DNA of 64,000 nt from a bacterium. Lineage in GTDB: Bacteria; Hinthialibacterota; Hinthialibacteria; Hinthialibacterales; Hinthialibacteraceae. The first letter of the stretch is position 1. Each line of letters opens with the position of its first letter. A program made the position numbers and the translations under genes. The stretch covers positions 64,001-128,000 of the forward strand of contig CAXXSM010000149.1 of NCBI GenBank assembly GCA_963663405.2, read 5' to 3'. Positions 30,155 through 40,450 of this stretch are shown piece after piece. The notes below the pieces were generated by a model. That model saw nothing but the letters and a program-made list of their open reading frames with translations. It did not search any database and was not told the DNA's origin.

Positions 30155-32986
30155 CTAATAAAATCCACATGAAATTTTCGACTGTTTTGTATTCCAAGAA
30201 GCAAGAATGATTTCCACTTTATGCTGATTTTCTTCACGCCAATGGATATCTATATCGATCGTTTTAACTTCCCCAGGATCCAACCAGAAATAATTATCCG
30301 TCGCGTAAAAACACCTTTTCGAATGAATCACATCAATTGTTGTATTGAAAGATGGATATTCCCCTGTATTTACAATTTGAATCCTGGCGCGGCTTCTTGT
30401 TGGAGATTGCCGCTCAAATTCTATTAATTTTAACGATAGCGTTGTTTGCGTGTTCGCTATATCTCGTTTCAACCATGGGCCATTTTCTAAAATAGGCCAA
30501 TCCTTGGGAGATTGACGAAAGGATTTTCGAGTTTGCTCATTATCCAACATGGATAAACTGCGAGGCCAGTATACCGAGCGTGATATTAATTTGTTATCCG
30601 AATCATGTAACTCCGCTTTGATCAAAAAGAATTCATCCACCATCGTATCCGGAATCTGGAATGATCCGGTTTCTATTAAATTCAAAACTGATGGCCCTGC
30701 CGATATTTTCTTAATTGATTGCTTACATTGCCATAAGGTTTCAAATTGAATATTCATAACATCTAGCGATACTGTTAGATTCTCAAGAGTTTGATCAATG
30801 GAATGCGTTATACTGATTGGCATTGGCACCTTTTCCCCTTTGGCCCAAAGCAGATGGGGGAATTTCACGATTATATGGATTGGTTCGTAAGTTCGCTTCA
30901 AAAAGTAATAAGGAGCAGAGGGTTGCCCATACCCATCCACCAAATGAATTCCCGCAACCACAGGCCAGGGACGTTTGAATACCCAAGGCATCAATCCAGT
31001 TGTTATCGGAAAATTCGCTTGCATGCGATCCGACAACACTTGGTAGAACTCTCCCGCGCCGATCTGAGAGGCTTCGGCGATCTGCTCTAGCTCGGGATGG
31101 GTCATATCATCGATATGAGAAGCTCGGCTCAGCATTCTTGGGACACGCGCCGGGTTGAATTCCACAAAATGGTGAATGAATTCCGGATGCGACTCTTTGA
31201 ATTCATCGCTGTACATATTACCCAAATCATTGAGTTCAGAATTATTGATGATGTCACGAAGACTCCTCGCCTCCGTGATACTATGCATTCCTGTTTCCGC
31301 AATGTAGGGAACAAATCTGTATAGTCGCTCATACCAGGTGGGATCCATATCGGGGTACGTGTGAATACTGCCTTTATCTGGGCTGGTACGCCGAAATGGC
31401 CGGGTTGGATCAAAATCGGCTAAAGAACGTTCTAATATACCGATACTTGCCGCATTTCCTTTTGAATAGGGATTAAACTCGTTCCCACCACAATAAAGCG
31501 CTAACGAAGGATGATTGCGTAATCGAAAGATATTCCACATGACTTGGGCTTCCCATACATCTTGGGGATAGTCAGGGGAATCCCAATTGGCGATGGGGAA
31601 ATCCTGCCACACCATGATTCCATTGCGATTACATAGTTCGTAAAATTCTTGCGTTTCCAGCAAACCGGCCCCCCAGATACGGAACATTTGAATTCCTGCA
31701 TTTTTAGCTACGTCGATCAGCCATTCATATCGTTCCCTGGGAAGATCGAGTAAAACATCGGCGGGCATCCAATTCATCCCTTTGACAAACAGCGATTTGC
31801 CATTGATTACAAATTGCCAATCCGCCCAACGGTCTTCAGTTTGTGGACCTGCGCTAGGCTTCATTTCCAATGTGCGAACGCCATAGTCAAAATGTAGGTG
31901 GTCAATTGATTTTTGATTTTGCCATAATGTCAATTCAACACAATATAGATTTTGTTGTCCCATACCGTTGGGCCACCAGAGTTTGGGCGCTGTAAGAGTA
32001 AATTCTTGTTCAATCCAATTTCGCCCAAAGTCGACATTCAAAGGAAAGGTTTGTTCAAATGCGGTTTTAGTGGAATCTTTTTCAACAAAACAGATTTGAA
32101 GTGATACACTAGGATTTAGTTTTTTAATAGTCCAAGCGTTTTTAAATTGATGTTTCATGCCGCTGCCCCAACTGTGTAATTGATGTTGCAAGGATTGCGT
32201 GTTCGCAAGGACTTCTATGTTAAGCCGTATAACCGCTTTGTCATTGGATAATGCTTGTGTAGTAAGAAAAGGCCTTTCGATATGGATTTTGGGCACAATT
32301 TCAATGCGCGCGCCTTGCCACATCCCTACGGTATACCATGGTTCGGCGCCGGAGCCTCCCGTGAATTCCCATGGCTTAATAATTTTTCCGGGTGTTCTTG
32401 AGTGATTTGGACTCTCTTTTTTCCCGGATTGTATTTCTATGATAATTTCATTTTTCTGCCCATATTGTATAGTCTCACTAATCTCAATTGCAGGACCCCC
32501 AAACATCCCTTCATGCCGGCCGAGATAGGATCCGTTGATCCAAACTTTGGAAAGGTAATCAACACCATCAAAACAAAGAAATAGATAGTTGCCTTTTGAT
32601 TCTTCTGGGATCGTCACTTTTTTACGATAGTACCACGTAACGTCTTCCACCCACTCATATTTTTTAGAATTGAGATGTTTATAAAAATCCGGTAATTTCC
32701 CAGAGCGGTATAAAGCCCAATGAACTGTACCGGGTCTTTCTGCAATTATCCAATCCTCCACATTCTTTAAATCATTTAATGTATGAATTGGCGAATCCAA
32801 ATGTCCAAGTTCCCAATCAGTTTCCAGCGAAATATGCTGATTCCCAATACGTGGTGTTATAAAAAAGGGTTGACATAGCATATCATTGGATTCGTTGGTT
32901 TGTTCTGCGTCAATTAGGTTGACAAATGCAACCGTAATGATAAGAAGAAAGATGAATACTTTATACATACAATTTGACACAAACAT
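30155..32986 (-). CDS. secreted glycoside hydrolase family 2 (beta-mannosidase-like)
   Basis: FDGVDY, LWWPNGMGQQNLY, KGMNWMP, RIWGAG, GIMVWQDF, LRNHPSLALYCGGNE; ATG after AAGGAGG. Confidence 0.9.
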   Translation of the reverse strand: MFVSNCMYKVFIFLLIITVAFVNLIDAEQTNESNDMLCQPFFITPRIGNQHISLETDWELGHLDSPIHTLNDLKNVEDWIIAERPGTVHWALYRSGKLPDFYKHLNSKKYEWVEDVTWYYRKKVTIPEESKGNYLFLCFDGVDYLSKVWINGSYLGRHEGMFGGPAIEISETIQYGQKNEIIIEIQSGKKESPNHSRTPGKIIKPWEFTGGSGAEPWYTVGMWQGARIEIVPKIHIERPFLTTQALSNDKAVIRLNIEVLANTQSLQHQLHSWGSGMKHQFKNAWTIKKLNPSVSLQICFVEKDSTKTAFEQTFPLNVDFGRNWIEQEFTLTAPKLWWPNGMGQQNLYCVELTLWQNQKSIDHLHFDYGVRTLEMKPSAGPQTEDRWADWQFVINGKSLFVKGMNWMPADVLLDLPRERYEWLIDVAKNAGIQMFRIWGAGLLETQEFYELCNRNGIMVWQDFPIANWDSPDYPQDVWEAQVMWNIFRLRNHPSLALYCGGNEFNPYSKGNAASIGILERSLADFDPTRPFRRTSPDKGSIHTYPDMDPTWYERLYRFVPYIAETGMHSITEARSLRDIINNSELNDLGNMYSDEFKESHPEFIHHFVEFNPARVPRMLSRASHIDDMTHPELEQIAEASQIGAGEFYQVLSDRMQANFPITTGLMPWVFKRPWPVVAGIHLVDGYGQPSAPYYFLKRTYEPIHIIVKFPHLLWAKGEKVPMPISITHSIDQTLENLTVSLDVMNIQFETLWQCKQSIKKISAGPSVLNLIETGSFQIPDTMVDEFFLIKAELHDSDNKLISRSVYWPRSLSMLDNEQTRKSFRQSPKDWPILENGPWLKRDIANTQTTLSLKLIEFERQSPTRSRARIQIVNTGEYPSFNTTIDVIHSKRCFYATDNYFWLDPGEVKTIDIDIHWREENQHKVEIILASWNTKQSKISCGFY

Positions 32987-33159
32987 GAAATTCCTCCTTT
33001 TCTTTAATTTTAGTTTCAATTTCTTAACGCAACGCCAGTGACAATTGAATACTCTATCTAGAATAACCTAGGTGGGATTTTGAAATCAAGTGTCTTTCTT
33101 GGACAAGAATTCTATCACTTCAGCTGGCTGATCAATTACGTATTATTCAAACGATCACA

Positions 33160-34587
33160 TTACCGTTTCCCGACAAAATAACCGAAAGGTCCCATGTCAA
33201 ACGTTAGTTTGTTATTTGAAGCGTTAAACTTTGCGGCGTCTGAAAGAATTGGATGGAATTTCCCTGATAAGTCAATTTGGATGTTGTTTGGACGATTTGT
33301 TAAACTGATAACGATCAAAATTTCCTCCCCTTCTGCACAACGTAGAAACGAAATCACCGAGTCAGGTTGATCATTGTCAAGCCAGATCACTTCACCGGAA
33401 TTAAGGACTATCTCATTTCGACGCAGTTGACAAAGTTTCTGATAGAATGCGAACCTTATCTTTGCCTTCGGAAGACAAGCGGCTTCCCAACGCACTGGCC
33501 AAAATGTAAAGATTGTTTGTGGTGAAGTGTCGCCAATCTCCTGTCCGTTGTAAAGCATCGGCACGCCGTCAAGCATAAAATTCAGTACAGAGACAGCGGC
33601 CGCGCCTCGTTCGCTGAAGATCACCTCAGCGCGCATCCGATTGTTAACAATATCGTGATTCTCCGTATAGCGAATAAAACGAGCGCCACGCGGACGTTCG
33701 CTACGCATCTTATCCCAGGTTGTTTGTAATATGGATGCTGGTTCGCCGCGCAAAAATACGTCATGGATGGCGTTTAGCCATGTGAAACTGTAACTAATAT
33801 CAAAAGCTTTAATTTGATCTCTTTGCCGTTCACCCTCAGCGAGCAGCACTAGATCGGATCGGATCTTGACAAGCCGTTCACGGGCGCCCTCCCAGAAATC
33901 CAGCGGGATTCCACTCGAAACATCGCAGCGGAAACCATCCACATCAAAATCAATAATCCAATATTGCATGTTTGCCCAAAGGTATTCGCGAAGCTCTTGA
34001 TTGTTGAAATCGAGGACAGGAAAATTCCATTTGCCTTTCACGACATTCCCATCCGAATCTTGCTTGAGATATTCTGGATGCTTTTCCACCAAAACCGATG
34101 TCGGTCCGCAATGCAAGTAGACAAGATCCATTAGTACGCGCATTTCCAACTGATGAGCTTTATCGATAAATTTCCGTAAATCTTCTTTTGTTCCATATTC
34201 GGGATCGATACTGTAGTAGTCTTTGATGCGATACGGATTTCGTGGATTGTTTGTCCCGGATGCTTTTTGACGCGTACTCCAGAATTCCTTGCGCATGTCA
34301 TCATCCTGAAGATTAACCGGGCAAAGGTAGATGATGTTGGCCCCGAGTTCAGAAATCGTATCTAGGTAGTCAGTCGCAGCCTTAAACGGTTCCTCTGGCG
34401 AAAATGAGCGCAGAAAAACCTGGTACATAACGCCTTGGTTCAACCATTCCGGAGTAGATTTCGCATGGAGTGAGTTTAAATCCGTGGTTGATTCAGCGTA
34501 CAAACTGGATTGAATTGAAGTTTGAAAAATACCTGCCAAAATAACGATTAGAGTGATAAAAAATGGTCTGAGTTTCATCATCAACAC
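33160..34587 (-). CDS. secreted alpha-amylase family (GH13) glycoside hydrolase
   Basis: DLVYLH, DGFRCDV (nucleophile), LAEGE (acid/base), ENHD, PMLYNGQE. Confidence 0.9.
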   Translation of the reverse strand: MLMMKLRPFFITLIVILAGIFQTSIQSSLYAESTTDLNSLHAKSTPEWLNQGVMYQVFLRSFSPEEPFKAATDYLDTISELGANIIYLCPVNLQDDDMRKEFWSTRQKASGTNNPRNPYRIKDYYSIDPEYGTKEDLRKFIDKAHQLEMRVLMDLVYLHCGPTSVLVEKHPEYLKQDSDGNVVKGKWNFPVLDFNNQELREYLWANMQYWIIDFDVDGFRCDVSSGIPLDFWEGARERLVKIRSDLVLLAEGERQRDQIKAFDISYSFTWLNAIHDVFLRGEPASILQTTWDKMRSERPRGARFIRYTENHDIVNNRMRAEVIFSERGAAAVSVLNFMLDGVPMLYNGQEIGDTSPQTIFTFWPVRWEAACLPKAKIRFAFYQKLCQLRRNEIVLNSGEVIWLDNDQPDSVISFLRCAEGEEILIVISLTNRPNNIQIDLSGKFHPILSDAAKFNASNNKLTFDMGPFGYFVGKR

Positions 34588-34657
34588 TTTTATCTCCTTT
34601 CAATGAGTTAAATAATTAAGTAGGCTGGGAATTCTGTCTCGTTTTCCAAGACATTGA

Positions 34658-36619
34658 CCTGAGTTTTCCAATCCGCCCCTATCCCCCTAAATAACACATT
34701 GATTTACAATCAGTTATGAGATTAGTTAGTGTATGGTAACCGCCTTTCTATGGAACCAAGATCGAACAGGTCCCAGAGTTGTTGTTGAACCGAACTCCGG
34801 TGTGACACATTCATGTCGACATTCTTGAGATCGTAAATCATCAGAATCTCTTTCAAATCGATCAATTCTTCTTTCAGCACGGCGGCGCTCATCTGGAGGC
34901 CAGCACGGGCGGTTTTCTGCAGCATGACTTGAATGAGAACCAACGCCATCACACAACAAAATCCAAACGCCCGGATTTTCGTATCCGTCCAATGCCGCCC
35001 CGGCCGCCAGCGGATTAATTCCGGATCTTTGAGCAGTTTGAAATCGTATTCAATACGTTCTTTGCTCAAGTATTGCGTGAGAATCCAATGACTTTCCGCC
35101 TTCGGATCCGAACAGAAAAGTAAGTTTTTTCCCCATCGTTTTCGTTGGCTGTCGACGGCCTCCGTTTCAGCAAAAACTAACTTTCCTTTTTTATACGCCA
35201 CCGTGATGTACTTGCCAAACCGGCTCTCCTCGATCCGGCGGCGAATTTTCTTGGGAATCCTTTTCGGACGGCGTTTGTAAGAATCCCATAGATTGACGAT
35301 CTCCCGCTTGAGCTTATCGATCCCATTCTGAAGGGTATGTTCTTGTTTCCGGGCTAAGTCTGGATTGTAGGTTAGTACCAGCGCGCAATCCACGCCAAAC
35401 ACAGTCCGTTGACAACGGTGAAAACGGTGCGTTGTTGTGGCTCCCTCGTAGTTCTTTAAGGGGAGATCGAGCAGATCTTGATAGTGCGAAGGGACCAAAC
35501 TGCCTACCCAGTGAAGTTTTCCGTGCAACGAGGTAAAATTGTCTTGGCTGTTATTGCCTTTATCCAAGACCAGAACCATGGTTTCGACCGTCTTGAAACT
35601 GGCTTGGAGACGGGCGATGAGATCGTCGATCAACCCGGCAAACGTTTTACTGTCATGCGCGTTGCCCCGGTAGAGAGTGTGGAACAGAGGAATCCCCCAT
35701 TCCTTCTCCACACACATCGCCAGTCCGACTTGTTTCAGGTGATGATGAGAGTCTTTATTGTGACCGGTCTTCGGCAAGAGAGCGCGGACCGGTTCTTCAA
35801 TGTATGTAAAAAAGTTTGTCGTGTCGTAGAAGAACACCTGTTTCGAGAGGTCGAATTGCTGCTGCAGATTGTCGATCAGGCTTTCTTCGATGGTTCGGAA
35901 AGTCGAATCCTCCAAGCCAACAAACAGGTCCTTGGCCAGTTCGGGATCTTCCTTCCGCCGTTCCCGCAACTCCTTTTCGCTGATGATGTCATCCGTGACG
36001 TACCAGAAGGTTTTGCTGTTGAATTTTTTGGGATCGAAATCGAGCAAGTCCGGCAAGATCGTCCCCGCCGCCCAATCGCCCATTTTTTGTTTGCTGGTCG
36101 CATGCTGCAATCGGTTGATGATGGGGAGGAGGAAGTAAAGCCAACGCGGCGCTCCGAAACGTTCACCGGGGATATGTTCTTTGAGAAGAGAAACGAGTCC
36201 GGTTTCGACCGCGGTTTGATAGACGGCCGCGACAAAGCCAAATTCTCGATGGCGCGTCTCCAGCGGTCCGTTTCGTTGTTTCAGCCGTTGGTAGATGGAT
36301 TCCGCCGTGCCGAGATATTCCGTGCGGGTGCGGACCCGGCTTTTCCCCGAGCCTCGCGTTTTCCCCCGCTGGTTCGGATCGATTTTCTCCCGCCAGGAGA
36401 TTTGGTAGTAATAGTAGGTGTTTCCATGAATGGTTTTCGCATAGAGATGACTGGCCATAATAGTCCCTCAACCGTAGAATGTAACATTACATAAGGTATT
36501 ATATACAATAATATCAATACAATCAATAACATTTTTGTAACACTACACTATTGGAGAGGATAACTCGAGTAAATTGAGCGTGTTGGACGATTTAATTATT
36601 TGTAAATAGAAAACTCAGG
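34658..36619 (-). mobile_element. IS1634-family insertion sequence, complete
   Basis: 11-bp perfect TIRs CCTGAGTTTTC (34658-34668) / GAAAACTCAGG (36609-36619); 5-bp direct repeat ATTGA at 34653-34657 and 36620-36624. Confidence 0.92.
34722..36458 (-). CDS. IS1634-family DDE transposase
   Basis: FFYDTTNFFTY, GHNKD..LKQVGL, GNAHDS, VLDKGNNS, Y..KERIEYDFKLLK, RPGRHWTDTKIRA. Confidence 0.92.
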   Translation of the reverse strand: MASHLYAKTIHGNTYYYYQISWREKIDPNQRGKTRGSGKSRVRTRTEYLGTAESIYQRLKQRNGPLETRHREFGFVAAVYQTAVETGLVSLLKEHIPGERFGAPRWLYFLLPIINRLQHATSKQKMGDWAAGTILPDLLDFDPKKFNSKTFWYVTDDIISEKELRERRKEDPELAKDLFVGLEDSTFRTIEESLIDNLQQQFDLSKQVFFYDTTNFFTYIEEPVRALLPKTGHNKDSHHHLKQVGLAMCVEKEWGIPLFHTLYRGNAHDSKTFAGLIDDLIARLQASFKTVETMVLVLDKGNNSQDNFTSLHGKLHWVGSLVPSHYQDLLDLPLKNYEGATTTHRFHRCQRTVFGVDCALVLTYNPDLARKQEHTLQNGIDKLKREIVNLWDSYKRRPKRIPKKIRRRIEESRFGKYITVAYKKGKLVFAETEAVDSQRKRWGKNLLFCSDPKAESHWILTQYLSKERIEYDFKLLKDPELIRWRPGRHWTDTKIRAFGFCCVMALVLIQVMLQKTARAGLQMSAAVLKEELIDLKEILMIYDLKNVDMNVSHRSSVQQQLWDLFDLGSIERRLPYTN

Positions 36620-36697
36620 ATTGAAATCCCAGCCCGTTTACGAAAGCAAATGATTTTCAATACGTAATGACTATCAAATCAATATTACAGGATTGAA

Positions 36698-39388
36698 TTA
36701 ATAAAGCGGCCAATTGCCAATGGGAGTATCTAACTGCATCAATTCGATGACAGCCCATCCCGTTTCGTCGTTTTTATAGGCGTCTGTGATCACGCCGTAA
36801 GCGTTCATGTGCCAATAAGCATAAAATCCATCAGAGGGATCGATCATTTTGAAATCAAAACCGATTATATTGCGGTCGGGTGGATCCAGCGCGACTGATT
36901 TATCTACGATGAATTCCACTACATAACCAGACATATCATCTTTGATGCGCGCTCCATAGTTCATATAGACGCCATTTGTCGTGTAATAAAAACCATCTCC
37001 TTCGATCGGAGTCGCTCCGTTGGGAACGGAACCATCGCCATAGTAGCCATGTCCATCAACGATAACTCCAATCCCAAATCCATACTGGTCTGCTTCTTTT
37101 CGGGTTAAACGTGAAAAATTGCCATCTAAATAAAGAACTGCTGAATCATTATTCCATCCTGTGCTTTGGTCGACAATAATATTAGGATCCAATACATCGG
37201 ATGCGATATAAATGAAATCCTGGTCATGAAGTAGATAGAGAACCGTATGCTGTACTTCAGGTGGATTTGTGTTGCCTGTGAGATGAACGCCAGGAGGTTC
37301 GCCGAATGGATTGTTCGCCGGATCTGGCACATAATTATCAAACATCTCTGTGTAAGCTTGGTCATATTCTCCATCACTGATTAAACCATCAAGAGTAATA
37401 TTGGCGTTTTCAACGAATGGCACACTGAAGATTATTGGTTGAATTTCATAATCACCAGCAATAGGGATTTCATCACCTGATGAATCAACGCTTGTTCCAT
37501 CGAACAATAAGCAAACTTTTTCAAAGCCACTAGCAGCCATATATTCAACATCATAGGACATTTGAGCGCTGCCGCTAAGATCGGATAGGGTCCATTCAAT
37601 CAAATCATCGGTTATAGAGAATTCACCATTGGTGACTGAAATATTCGTTGGAGTCACACCATCAGGTATGATTTCTTTAATGACTCCATTTATGGGAGAA
37701 TCTCCTGAAGAAACAGCATTGAGAATAATGTTTTCAATCACGCCATTTTCTGATGAATCATAATATGATACTGGAATTTCACGTGAAACATATAGATCAT
37801 ATTGAATGATTTCTACATCCGTGAAATCAGCAAAGCTGACATAATCCGGACCATTCCATGAAGTGACGCCAAGACCTACATAAACAGGATCTACTAAATT
37901 AAGTATATGGGTTTTAGCCAATTCTGTTTTTTCACCAGTTGAATAGTCCATGTAATAAACAGATACTACATCCCCTACTCGAAGGATTTCGATATCCCCG
38001 CCATGAACATCCACGGAAACATTTCCTACATTGTCCGCTTCTGTATCCGCCACTTTTTTTCTGGATTGCATTCGTAAATTATTGTTAGAAAGAAGTTGAG
38101 CGGAAGTATATACAGCGTCTGGCTCTAAGGAATCCCGGATAAACAATCCGGCGCGGGCATTGGCGCCGTCTCCAGATGCGAAATCTAAAAGTACATTGGC
38201 TTTCAACCGGAAGGGACCATTCATCTCATTAAATAGAAAATACATGTTGTCCGTACTCTCGATGCTTCCCCCTCCTGCGCTTAACTCATATCTACCATTT
38301 TCATATATGGGATCCAATCCTTGCAAGTCGGCGTTCCCAAGGAGTATTTGATGTTCAAAATCTCCCAAACCACCGGGTAACACGGCTTTTGTAAAATCGC
38401 CTAATATGGGAAGTTCACCGATTGTTCCGTATATACTCACCTGTTGATTGGAAATTATATCGACATTTTGAGGAATTAATTCGTAACTGACAGTAGTCAT
38501 TGAATCTGTCAAATTCCAAGTAATGGATGAGTCTGATAGAACACCACCATCACTTATATTCGATGTATCCCACCCATCGGGGATCATTTCTGTCAAAGTA
38601 GAGGAGGCTGGATTCGCAATATCGATGGATATTAGCGAAGGTTTTCCATTTTGGAATACTTCATCTTCGATCGTGCGCCATGCGATTGGAGATTGGAATT
38701 CATCGATAATGACATCCGTAATTTCTCCCACAGCTAAGAAATCGTCTTGTGAGTGACTGGTTATAGCGAATCCATAGGCTAATGTTTCTTCCATAGGCAA
38801 TACCATGGAATGACCTAACATCCAATTTTGACCATCGGTGGAAAATTCTGCAAATAACCAATCTTTTTCCGCCACCCGAGTAAGACGAAGCCACATCGAA
38901 CCACCATCAAGTGGAACAATATTTCCATCCTGATCTTGGAAGCGAGTGCGATCCACGCCAGGTGTTCCATCTAATTCCATACGCCATTGTGCGCTGGAGT
39001 ACTCCCATGTGCCTTTAGCCAAGGCGCCATAATACACTCCACCCGGTTCTTGGGGATGCTGTCGAATGATCGGACCGAATTTTGTCCAAGCTTCCGCTCC
39101 AGGATCGTTCCAAGTTACTTTTCCTGAAATGAAGTAACTCCCACTTCTTTCAGTGTAAGCAAAGAATCCTTCATCCTGGTTGTTCCAAATGTCACGGCCA
39201 TTTCCATAAATTGTGTAAATCGCGTCACGGCCAGAACCTTCAACAGTGATTTCTCCATCCGTTTTGTTTGTGTTTTCTTCCAATGTCCAATCTGCGGATT
39301 GGTCGAATAATCCAACGGCTCCGGAATTTTGGATAAAAATGAATAGTGCCAATAAAACAGTAGTGAAAAACAGTGATAGATATTTCAT
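36698..39388 (-). CDS. large secreted acidic multidomain protein (2 ConA-like + 2 Ig-like + CBM9-like) with C-terminal W-motif
   Basis: signal peptide; paired TLTEMIPDGW..ITWNL / VIKEIIPDGV..IEWTL; ITLDGLISDGEY..FIYIASDVLD..GYVVEF..IGFDF; ends DTPIGNWPLY. Confidence 0.75.
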   Translation of the reverse strand: MKYLSLFFTTVLLALFIFIQNSGAVGLFDQSADWTLEENTNKTDGEITVEGSGRDAIYTIYGNGRDIWNNQDEGFFAYTERSGSYFISGKVTWNDPGAEAWTKFGPIIRQHPQEPGGVYYGALAKGTWEYSSAQWRMELDGTPGVDRTRFQDQDGNIVPLDGGSMWLRLTRVAEKDWLFAEFSTDGQNWMLGHSMVLPMEETLAYGFAITSHSQDDFLAVGEITDVIIDEFQSPIAWRTIEDEVFQNGKPSLISIDIANPASSTLTEMIPDGWDTSNISDGGVLSDSSITWNLTDSMTTVSYELIPQNVDIISNQQVSIYGTIGELPILGDFTKAVLPGGLGDFEHQILLGNADLQGLDPIYENGRYELSAGGGSIESTDNMYFLFNEMNGPFRLKANVLLDFASGDGANARAGLFIRDSLEPDAVYTSAQLLSNNNLRMQSRKKVADTEADNVGNVSVDVHGGDIEILRVGDVVSVYYMDYSTGEKTELAKTHILNLVDPVYVGLGVTSWNGPDYVSFADFTDVEIIQYDLYVSREIPVSYYDSSENGVIENIILNAVSSGDSPINGVIKEIIPDGVTPTNISVTNGEFSITDDLIEWTLSDLSGSAQMSYDVEYMAASGFEKVCLLFDGTSVDSSGDEIPIAGDYEIQPIIFSVPFVENANITLDGLISDGEYDQAYTEMFDNYVPDPANNPFGEPPGVHLTGNTNPPEVQHTVLYLLHDQDFIYIASDVLDPNIIVDQSTGWNNDSAVLYLDGNFSRLTRKEADQYGFGIGVIVDGHGYYGDGSVPNGATPIEGDGFYYTTNGVYMNYGARIKDDMSGYVVEFIVDKSVALDPPDRNIIGFDFKMIDPSDGFYAYWHMNAYGVITDAYKNDETGWAVIELMQLDTPIGNWPLY

Positions 39389-39440
39389 CAGTAATCATTC
39401 CTCCTTAGTGGTCATGATTATACGAAGAACTGAATATAAG

Positions 39441-39546
39441 ATTATCAGACAAATTAGAGAAAGATTAACCGTTTGTCAATAGGATATTGAAACATTTTTA
39501 GAATTTTTTGATTTTCATCTTGATTTTTATTTTGTCTGATAATATG
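39441..39546. promoter_or_regulatory. two copies of a TTGTCTGATAAT operator-like motif in the divergent intergenic region
   Basis: ATTATCAGACAAA (39441-39453, minus) and TTTGTCTGATAATATG (39531-39546, plus); third copy at 40403. Confidence 0.7.
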
Positions 39547-39581
39547 ATAAATAGAATATCTCATAAAGAGGTGATTTTCAA

Positions 39582-40235
39582 ATGGGGATTATTAAAAATG
39601 GATTCACGTTAATTGAATTGTTAATCGTCGTTGCGATTATAGGTATTTTGGCGGCCATTGCTGTTCCCAATTTTATGAATGCGCAGGTTCGGGCCAAAAT
39701 AGCCAGATCTCAAGCGGATATGCGTTCGATCGGAACGGCGATTGAGTCATTTCGCATTGATAATGGCGCTTTATTGGTGGATTTTTATGATGAACAAGAT
39801 ACTGCGGCAATACAACGTTTACAAAAATGGGGATTATGTTCTGTTAACAATTTTGATGACGCCGTTAGGAATCAACGTTGCATATATGCTAATTTAACTT
39901 CTCCTGTAGCTTTTATTTCTGCAATACCTGATGATCCTTTTTTTGGTAAAATTAGCAACAATGTGACGGATCGTTTAATAGAGGCGTTTGCGGGTACTTA
40001 TATTTATTATGATAATGAAGCAGCCATCCCTGGAGATGACCATTATGTTCCGCTGTTGAGCGGTGATAATGGTAAGCCCTTCAATGTTAATCCTTTAGGA
40101 TTGAATCAATGGGTATTGTTGGGAATTGGTCCTGATTCGAGTATTGGCGACACAGATCTCAACAGAAGGGGAATCCCTTACGATGCGACAAATGGTCTTC
40201 GAAGTGAAGGCGATTTGATGACGAGAAGCGGGTGA
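39582..40235 (+). CDS. prepilin-type N-terminal cleavage/methylation protein (GspG-like pseudopilin)
   Basis: NG|FTLIELLIVVAIIGILAAIAVPNF; LTSPVAFI..DPF; YDATNGLRSEGDL. Confidence 0.92.
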   Translation: MGIIKNGFTLIELLIVVAIIGILAAIAVPNFMNAQVRAKIARSQADMRSIGTAIESFRIDNGALLVDFYDEQDTAAIQRLQKWGLCSVNNFDDAVRNQRCIYANLTSPVAFISAIPDDPFFGKISNNVTDRLIEAFAGTYIYYDNEAAIPGDDHYVPLLSGDNGKPFNVNPLGLNQWVLLGIGPDSSIGDTDLNRRGIPYDATNGLRSEGDLMTRSG

Positions 40236-40402
40236 TCAGATTCACTCAATTCATTGAATAATGAACATTCCATTGGTTTCTTCGAGTGTTTATATGTAAA
40301 TGAGTTCCTAAAGGCTTTCTCGTTCAAATTCGTTCCCGCAACTCATTTTCATTTGCAGGTTGTGATCTCGATCATGTTGGTTTATATGGATATAATACAT
40401 GA

Positions 40403-40417
40403 TTGTCTGATAATATG
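40403..40417 (+). promoter_or_regulatory. operator-like motif upstream of the FadR regulator (autoregulation)
   Basis: TTGTCTGATAATATG, identical to 39532-39546. Confidence 0.7.
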
Positions 40418-40450
40418 TTATTTACTGACACGTTTAGAAGAAGGTAAAAA

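Noticed and set aside
35478-36494. 338-aa plus-strand ORF
   Set aside because: Antisense shadow of the GC-rich IS1634 transposase; no recognisable motifs
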